A stretch of DNA of 13,659 nt from Candidatus Thorarchaeota archaeon (GTDB lineage: Archaea > Asgardarchaeota > Thorarchaeia > Thorarchaeales > Thorarchaeaceae): contig SDNP01000049.1 in assembly GCA_004524445.1 (NCBI GenBank), forward strand, positions 1 to 13,659, read 5' to 3'. Of the stretch, positions 7,482 through 13,659 are shown piece after piece. The notes under the pieces are model-generated. The model did no database searches and was not told where the DNA came from. It saw only the letters and a list, made by a program, of their open reading frames with translations. A program made the position numbers and the translations under genes. Within the stretch, counting starts at the first letter, position 1, and every line of letters begins with the position of its first letter.

Positions 7482-7664
7482 ATGACGCACCGAATAAGAA
7501 TCTCCCAAGAGGCATATGACCTGCTTGAAAGTGAAAGGCGTCCTGATGAATCATTCAGTGATGTTCTTCGCAGACTGATAGAACGGTATGAAAAGCGGGA
7601 GTTTGCAAAAAGAGAAAAGTCTATCTTCAAGAATGAGGAATTCGAGTCTCTCGACAAAGAGTAG
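7482..7664 (+). CDS. vapB: Orphan archaeal VapB-family antitoxin (DUF217-like)
   Basis: IRISQEAYDLL...RPDESFSDVLRRL is the characteristic motif; no co-oriented toxin directly follows. Confidence 0.8.
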   Translation: MTHRIRISQEAYDLLESERRPDESFSDVLRRLIERYEKREFAKREKSIFKNEEFESLDKE

Positions 7665-7687
7665 TCGGCTATGGGGATCGGCCTTAA

Positions 7688-8140
7688 CTAAAGCTCCTTC
7701 GGGAATAGCAGAACATCTTCAATCTCATTTTTGGCAACGAACTTGGAGAATTCAGTATCAATGGTTAGAAATTGTTGCTGGTTTCTAAGAGCTGTTGCAT
7801 AGAGGAGGTTGTCGATCATATCTGAATGTCCCATTTGGAAGAGATCAAGAGCTATCATATAATCATCGGGGCCTGTTGAAACCGCATTATAGTGACCGGT
7901 CTTCGTTATACTCAGAAGCCCTCTTCTGAAGCGGGTCTTTTGATAGGTGTCTTGTTTGATTTGCTTTGTCGCGAACCAGCTACTCTCAAGCAGACTCCAG
8001 TGAGAGTAGAAGAGCTGAACCTCCTCATGATTCAGTCTTGGAATGACCTCCATCACTTCATGTTCGACCTCGACTCCAAGAGTTGGAAGCAGGAACGATG
8101 TATCAAGAAGAATTCTCTGTACTCTCTGATTGTTGTTCAC
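7688..8140 (-). CDS. vapC: VapC PIN-domain toxin
   Basis: ILLDTSFLLP, SLLES, GHSDMIDNLLYATA, FLTIDTEF. Confidence 0.88.
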   Translation of the reverse strand: MNNNQRVQRILLDTSFLLPTLGVEVEHEVMEVIPRLNHEEVQLFYSHWSLLESSWFATKQIKQDTYQKTRFRRGLLSITKTGHYNAVSTGPDDYMIALDLFQMGHSDMIDNLLYATALRNQQQFLTIDTEFSKFVAKNEIEDVLLFPKEL

Positions 8141-8363
8141 GGCTGATTTCCTCTATTTCTTCTAAATTCGTTGATGCAAACTTCTTTCCATGAATGGCAA
8201 GTGAAATAGGATCGGGAATTGGTTCAATGATGATCTTATCTCCTTCCACCGTGATCAATATATCCATCCCCACCTCAACTCCGGATGCTTCAACCACTGC
8301 CTTTGGAAGATAGATTGTATGTTTCTTTCCGATTCTACTCTCAGTTGTCAGAACCATAGTCAT
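8103..8363 (-). CDS. AbrB/MazE/SpoVT-family antitoxin
   Basis: RIGKKHTIYLPKAVVEASGVEVG...VEGDKIIIEP is a swapped-hairpin pattern; lies upstream of and overlaps the PIN gene. Confidence 0.88.
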   Translation of the reverse strand: MTMVLTTESRIGKKHTIYLPKAVVEASGVEVGMDILITVEGDKIIIEPIPDPISLAIHGKKFASTNLEEIEEISREQQSESTENSS

Positions 8364-8383
8364 TCACCTGACTTTCAACCATT

Positions 8384-8418
8384 TTCCTGACAAATTACTT
8401 AATTTCAGGGAATATAAA
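8384..8418 (-). promoter_or_regulatory. TATA box and palindromic operator for the AbrB-PIN pair
   Basis: Minus strand: tttatat (8418-8412), then the imperfect palindrome cctga-aatta-ag-taatt-tg-tcagg (8409-8386). Confidence 0.6.
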
Positions 8419-8462
8419 GTCATAGGCTCCCTATAGGCTACAATTAACAGGAACATGGGCGT

Positions 8463-8531
8463 GTTAATGCGAGAACGAACAATGGTTTCCAAAGCGGAAT
8501 GTCCCCTTAGGGGCACGCTGGTGATCATTCC
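8463..8531 (+). repeat. Degenerate copy of the inter-cassette repeat
   Basis: gttaatgcg...aac..ggtttccaaagcggaatgtcccctt...gcacgctggtgatcattcc aligns co-linearly with R5 (gttaagcg...aac..ggttgctcctgaaaacggagtttcccttt...gtgctgttgagcaccc). Confidence 0.55.
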
Positions 8532-8606
8532 TCTTTTTGGGTCAGTAGTTAGAAATGAATACATCTAACTGTCAGCTCTTCATATATCCGCTCATCCTTT
8601 CCAACC

Positions 8607-8730
8607 AAGATATTTGGTCACTTGGAGCGCCGAGTGAAACCTTGAAGCAATAGATGCCTGGATTGCAGGAATTGCCTGACAACAACAAGCTCCCAAATTG
8701 ACACGAAATATGATGCAAATCAAGCCGATC
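8607..8730 (+). pseudogene. Remnant of a VapC toxin C-terminus
   Basis: Manual translation: KIFGHLERR / frameshift / EAIDAWIAGIA*QQQAPKLTRN, matching the VapC D-x-x-I-A...L-T-R-N motif; in-frame TGA at 8677-8679 and no N-terminus found. Confidence 0.7.
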
Positions 8731-8943
8731 TTCACCTATCCACCTTTCGAAAAAATGTACGGCAAAATAAGCTTCAATTCATGTTTGATTTTGTTGTTAG
8801 AAATTAGAACACGTGTTCTAATAATTTGATATTGGGCGGAAACAAAAGTAGTGATTTTTCTGAGGGAAACTCTTTGAACTGGAAAGCTCTATCAACAGAC
8901 TTTAACCATAATCGAATCAATAACATCTTTGGAGAGATTGCGA

Positions 8944-9723
8944 ATGCATAAAGTATGTCTAACAAACGATGATGGTCCCGCCAGTGTTGGTCTGAAGAAA
9001 CTTGCTGCTGCCTTGGGGGAGAACCATGATCTTCTTGTAGTTGTACCAGACAGCCAACGTAGTGGCTCTGGGAAGGCTCTCACTCTGAGTCGTCCCATAC
9101 GTATTCTTGACCGCTCCGATACAGGCAAGTACAAAGTCATTGTTCATGATGGTCTTCCAGCAGACTCAGTTGCCATCGCACTCTCTGAAAGAGAAGACTT
9201 TGATCTGTTCGTATCTGGTATCAATCCTGGGGCAAATCTTGGTTATCATCGCATGCTCACCAGCGGAACGATAGGAGCTGCCATGGAGGCTGCGCTTCAA
9301 GGATATCCAGCGATTGCCATATCTCAGGATGTTGAGTCAAAATACTGGTTCACACGTGAAGGTACAGAAATCAATCTCGATAGTATCTGTATGCACGCCA
9401 AGAAAGTCATTGAACTGGTCCAACGCAAAGGATTTCCCGAGGGTATAGATGTTCTGAATCTCAATTTTCCCGACGAAGTGACCAACGATACTCCCATTAT
9501 TGTCACCGAGCCCACCATCGCTCCAGTACGGAACCGTATCGAGGAGAGAGAAGACCCCTATGGTGGTGCCTATTACTGGCTTCAGGGCGGCGAGAAGGGA
9601 TTGGGTAGCACGGATGACGTAGTAGCTGTCACCGAGAAGAATAACATCACAGTGTCCCCGATTGTCATAAGAAGCCCTAAGACAAAGGAGTTGGAAACCC
9701 TGAGGTACTTCCTTGAAATCTAG
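8944..9723 (+). CDS. surE: 5'/3'-nucleotidase SurE
   Basis: LTNDDG, SGSGKALT, GLPADSV, SGINPGANLG, SGTIGAAMEA and LNLNFP motifs; ATG 8944 preferred over TTG 8929. Confidence 0.95.
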   Translation: MHKVCLTNDDGPASVGLKKLAAALGENHDLLVVVPDSQRSGSGKALTLSRPIRILDRSDTGKYKVIVHDGLPADSVAIALSEREDFDLFVSGINPGANLGYHRMLTSGTIGAAMEAALQGYPAIAISQDVESKYWFTREGTEINLDSICMHAKKVIELVQRKGFPEGIDVLNLNFPDEVTNDTPIIVTEPTIAPVRNRIEEREDPYGGAYYWLQGGEKGLGSTDDVVAVTEKNNITVSPIVIRSPKTKELETLRYFLEI

Positions 9724-9865
9724 CAGATGTCAAATTTCTGTCACTCTCTCTGCTGAATGAATGTTGCCATGAGTGCCACATAAATGGGCAAAGCTATTAG
9801 AACTACGACAAGCGGCAAATCATGTACAAATGCTTTTATGATTATTATGGGTAAATACTCGTGAG

Positions 9866-10432
9866 TTGATTTGGTTGAGTGAGTCATCCAGAGATGGATA
9901 TTTCATCAGATTTGATTCCAAGCAGGTCACATATCCTGACATATGTCCAGTCTGTAGTGCTCCGGCTGATGCAACTGGTTGGATTTATTTGTACGAATAT
10001 GATGCTGATGCTCTTATTCCAACCATAAGATCTTTGAACCCGGATAAACTGCGGATTCCCACGTGTGAAGACCACGCTTATACAGAAAACGAAATTGCGA
10101 ACAGCAAGAGTCTTCGTGCCGCGCTACTCGGTATGGCTATTGTTATCTTCCTCTACTTCACTATCCAATCAGTCCTTTTTCTGGTTCAGCAAATCGCGAT
10201 TCCTCTTTGGCTCTACTTCGCTCTAGTGCCAGTTGTAGTCCTATTGGTCGCTTATCACCAGTTGCCTCCAGCCAATGAGCTTGAAGAGATGATGCTCATT
10301 GTGGATTCGGGAAAGGGAGGAACGGTCACTGTGAGACTGAAAAGCGAAAACTATGCTGGGGAGTTTCTGCGTCTTAATCCTCGTGCGCAGAGAGTGTCCG
10401 AGGAGATGGTGGGCGCGCAGCATTTCGGATAA
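9866..10432 (+). CDS. Hypothetical membrane protein with a putative Zn-binding site
   Basis: YPDICPVCS...IPTCEDH followed by two hydrophobic helices. Confidence 0.8.
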   Translation: MIWLSESSRDGYFIRFDSKQVTYPDICPVCSAPADATGWIYLYEYDADALIPTIRSLNPDKLRIPTCEDHAYTENEIANSKSLRAALLGMAIVIFLYFTIQSVLFLVQQIAIPLWLYFALVPVVVLLVAYHQLPPANELEEMMLIVDSGKGGTVTVRLKSENYAGEFLRLNPRAQRVSEEMVGAQHFG

Positions 10433-10658
10433 ATCAACAAGTGCCGGGCTATTCCGAGTGGTATCAAAAATGAGAGTAGAATCTGGACGATTTGTGGTTT
10501 CCGATGGATCTTCATACGATGCTTTGATATTTCCAAGATATAGATTCGCACATATACAGCTGGGACAGAACATCTCAGATTATGAGTGAATAGTTTTTAA
10601 CTTGAAAATGCGATATTCAGTCAGTTATCGCCGGAAGATGTACCAAGGGGGTATCTAA

Positions 10659-11408
10659 TTGAGTGAATCAATTCAACAAGAAGATAAAGCCGTTGCCAAT
10701 TGTATATTCTGTGGAAAACCTCTGAAGAGAGATGAGATAGTTCGGTATCACGGAGCCATTTCCTGCCAAGAATGCGCAGAAAAAGCGAAGATGCAACAAG
10801 AGCGATTTACCAGTCCTCTATTTTTCATTATCGGGGGAATAGGCGCATTGATAGCTGCAGTGGGAAGCATCGGATACATTCTAGCTAGTCTTTTCAGCTT
10901 TGCTCCACCAGCTCCCTATCCTTGGGTTGTGAGTGGATACTCTCTCCTATCGTTAGGTCTTGCCCTGCTCTCAGTAGGGTACATCGGACTGTATTTCAAC
11001 TGGGACAGAAAATGGGGGTTCGTCTTAGCCATATGTTCATTGATAGGATGTTTGGGTGGACTGATTTATCTGAACTTATACCTCACCCTTGGCCCTCCAG
11101 GCTCCTGGGATATGGTTACGCCGCCAATCTACATCATCTCCCAGTATGTCTTTGAGGGGGGACTGTTCATCTCACTGGCACTGAGCGGCGCATTGATAAT
11201 CCTAACGCGGGATGATCACGGAATTGAGGTGCTTACACTGGCAACTGCGGGGGCATCACTCTTAGGGTCCGCCATCACCTACTTCTTACTTCCTGCACTT
11301 ACACTTCTCTCAATCTATTTCCTAACAGCACGAGCAGTGTGGACTAGTCAACCACCGGTGCGGCCTGAGGTGAAGAGGAAAGAGGCCTATGCGTATCCAA
11401 ACAAATAG
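10659..11408 (+). CDS. Multi-pass membrane protein with an N-terminal Zn finger
   Basis: CIFCG-x13-CQEC followed by about 5-6 hydrophobic segments. Confidence 0.82.
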   Translation: MSESIQQEDKAVANCIFCGKPLKRDEIVRYHGAISCQECAEKAKMQQERFTSPLFFIIGGIGALIAAVGSIGYILASLFSFAPPAPYPWVVSGYSLLSLGLALLSVGYIGLYFNWDRKWGFVLAICSLIGCLGGLIYLNLYLTLGPPGSWDMVTPPIYIISQYVFEGGLFISLALSGALIILTRDDHGIEVLTLATAGASLLGSAITYFLLPALTLLSIYFLTARAVWTSQPPVRPEVKRKEAYAYPNK

Positions 11409-11419
11409 GATGAACACTC

Positions 11420-11914
11420 TTGACGGAAATGAAACTGACCATTAAGATGCCCGAAGACGATCTACACTTGGCTTTGGAGCACATGAAGCGGGAATTTAGC
11501 CCGGGGCTGCACAAGACATGGTCCTGTGGAACTAGGACTGTTGGCTTTTTCTTCCGATTCCACCCCATAGGTTCTGCAGTCGATTATAGCTCTCTCGGTG
11601 GATCAGAGCTCGCTGCTTTTGGAATCACATTTGAATACGCCGCGGGCGAGTTGGAGGTAGATTACGTAACAAGTTTTGTCAATAAAGGGATGTGCCTGAA
11701 AGGCTTAGAGAACACCCTTCTCGATGCATCCATTGGAAGATGGCTCAGATTGGCAGAAGACCATGGATGGGAAACTGACTACGCCCCCCGCAAGTTCAAG
11801 GGACATGAGTGCCCACAATGTGGAGCAATCTATGTCTATGAAGATTCCGAGATTGACGAGAAATCACAAGTCAGCTGCCAGAATTGTGGTAAGAGATTCT
11901 CTGTGGAGAAATGA
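11420..11914 (+). CDS. Hypothetical protein with a C-terminal Zn ribbon
   Basis: CPQCGAIYVY...VSCQNCGKRF; starts 11 bp after the previous gene. Confidence 0.82.
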   Translation: MTEMKLTIKMPEDDLHLALEHMKREFSPGLHKTWSCGTRTVGFFFRFHPIGSAVDYSSLGGSELAAFGITFEYAAGELEVDYVTSFVNKGMCLKGLENTLLDASIGRWLRLAEDHGWETDYAPRKFKGHECPQCGAIYVYEDSEIDEKSQVSCQNCGKRFSVEK

Positions 11915-12030
11915 ATGTACCTTCAGAGATGAAATGTGAGAAAGAGTACCTACAGGCGATTTTTCCAGACTTCGGTTACCCCAATGATTGACTGACCCAA
12001 ATCAACTTGCAGAAATATGACGCACTCAAT

Positions 12031-12933
12031 CTATTCACTATACTGCTCCAATCCGCGTCCAAGTTTGAGACCTTCACCTACTATCTTCTGAAGATTCTTC
12101 GTGAATCTGTAATAATGCATATCCAGGGCATCTGCTGGTCTTTCAGCCTTCAGCCGTTCCATAATGACACTATAATTTTTCTTACTTATCTCAATCCCGA
12201 TACTCACTCGATTCAACTGATTACATACCACTAATGTCGTACCTGAGCCAGCAAACGGATCGAGCACAACATCATCCGGACGGGTCGAAGATAGAATTAT
12301 GCGTTGAAGCAATGCTACAGGGGATTGCTGCTTATGAACGCGTTCGCCATCTTCCTCGCGTAGCGCCTCATCCCCGGCAAAATAACCCGAAGTCATCTCT
12401 CTGATATCATCCCAGACATCAGTCACAAATATCCCATTCTTCCTTGGTATCTTTTGATTAGGCTGTAATGGATAGTCAATTCGTAGGCGATTGAATATTC
12501 TTGGCTTCCTACCCTTGGTGGCAAATGCAATAATCTGGTAGTGCTTACCATACCTGTATCTTTGCGGAACTGCTGACGTTGTCTTTTTCCAAATAATCAG
12601 ATTCTGTAGAATCCATCCGGTCCTTTCTAGTGTCCTTAGAACTTCTTTTGCTCGTTTTTCGCGTTGCATGAAATAGATACAACCGCCATCCATCGTCAAC
12701 CGGTACACGGATGAACAGACTTTTTCCAGCCACTCCCAGTATTCGTCCTCATCCATTGAATCATCAAATCGCTCATACTCTTTATCTTGATTGAAGGGAG
12801 GGTCCAAAAAAGTCAGAGCTATTTGTGCATCCTTCACAGCTTGAATCTCAGCCTGATTCATTATCTTGGCATTGTCACCATGGAGTACTGTGGCATTCCG
12901 GTATTGGAACGGATTCTGAGTACTCATGGTCAA
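12031..12933 (-). CDS. Site-specific DNA methyltransferase (N6-A/N4-C, beta class)
   Basis: Catalytic motif IV FLDPPF precedes HKQQSP and SAM-binding motif I VLDPFAGSGTT...GIEI; the true start may be ATG 12927. Confidence 0.92.
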   Translation of the reverse strand: MTMSTQNPFQYRNATVLHGDNAKIMNQAEIQAVKDAQIALTFLDPPFNQDKEYERFDDSMDEDEYWEWLEKVCSSVYRLTMDGGCIYFMQREKRAKEVLRTLERTGWILQNLIIWKKTTSAVPQRYRYGKHYQIIAFATKGRKPRIFNRLRIDYPLQPNQKIPRKNGIFVTDVWDDIREMTSGYFAGDEALREEDGERVHKQQSPVALLQRIILSSTRPDDVVLDPFAGSGTTLVVCNQLNRVSIGIEISKKNYSVIMERLKAERPADALDMHYYRFTKNLQKIVGEGLKLGRGLEQYSE

Positions 12934-13159
12934 GGGAGTTTCTCTCTCTAGGTTGTTAAAAGCTTGTTTACCAATCTACTAGCTGCAGACTTGTGATTGG
13001 CGTATCACCCGCGATTTATGGAATTTCCCATCACTTGATATTGGATTCTTTTGCTGTAATATCCGCTTGCCACTCTCCGAACCGATTCTCCCATTTCCTA
13101 CACTGAAAGTACTTTAACAAGGCAGCATCCCGTCATATCACAAAAAGGGACTGCTGCTA

Positions 13160-13390
13160 ATGCCCGCCGAGCACATACCTCTACCTGAGGAGGATGCACC
13201 ATGTTTGTATGAAGAAGGAAGTGTATTCAATGTGCTCAATCTTTCCCTGGTCACGTTCTTGGTGCTCCTAGGATTGAGTATGGTTGCTCCTATTCTCCCC
13301 ACATATGCAGAGAGTTTCCAGGTGTCCTATACACTGGTGGGCATGGTGGTCTCATCTTTTGCAGTCACACGTATGGCTCTGGAAACATAG
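13160..13390 (+). pseudogene. Truncated MFS transporter (first two TM helices only)
   Basis: LVLLGLSMVAPILPTYAESF.VS...VGMVVSSFAVTRM is a DHA1-type MFS TM1-TM2 pattern; it stops at codon 77 and the downstream sequence does not look like an MFS continuation. Confidence 0.75.
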
Positions 13391-13659
13391 AATATCATTC
13401 TCTTTCTAGTTAAAGTGTCCAATAAAAGTGTCAGAGTTCTGTCAGATTTCCCCCTTGCCTAGGTCAGGATGAATATTCTAGGAGCTTAAATGGGTTCAGT
13501 CACACTCAGTAGTGGACTAGGTGAGTGGGCCAGCGCTATCGCGCGGAGCTCGCCGCCGAAAGCCCGAGGGAAGACGTCCTCTTCTCGACGGAGGTCCTCA
13601 CTCTCCACACAAGGGAGCCCATCAGCTCCTGGAGAGTCCGCGGCTGTTCACCGTGCTCA
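13375..13659 (-). mobile_element. Possible end of an inserted element, with the 3' end of a minus-strand ORF (stop at 13536-13538)
   Basis: Abrupt loss of the MFS frame, short direct repeats (aaagtgtc x2, tgtcaga x2), a hairpin at 13503-13527 and visibly higher GC after ~13520; no transposase motif is visible. Confidence 0.3.

Noticed and set aside
13500-13659. GC-rich end as RNase P, SRP, rRNA or group II intron RNA
   Set aside because: No diagnostic motifs recognised (no GAGGAAAGTCC-type P4, no domain V pattern); the sequence is truncated by the window.

Overview
Archaeal accessory region, probably Asgard/Thorarchaeia-like (inferred from TATA-type promoters, archaeal PIN/VapB families and Zn-finger membrane proteins). 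From left to right: two minus-strand secreted or membrane-anchored hypothetical genes; a ~6.4 kb cassette-like array (2370-8730); then surE, three Zn-finger genes (two of them membrane proteins), an orphan beta-class DNA methyltransferase, and an MFS gene that stops after 76 codons, possibly at a mobile-element end. The array holds five toxin-antitoxin pairs (four PIN/VapBC-type, one nucleotidyltransferase with a small partner), an orphan VapB, a decayed VapC and a DUF6448-like metal-binding gene. These units are separated about every 0.9-1.2 kb by a co-oriented ~60-75 bp structured repeat (5 clear copies, 2 degenerate). This repeat-delimited TA array is integron-like in layout, but has no canonical attC and no integrase in the window; it is the main candidate for an undescribed system. 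All family calls come from recognising motifs by eye, not from database searches.
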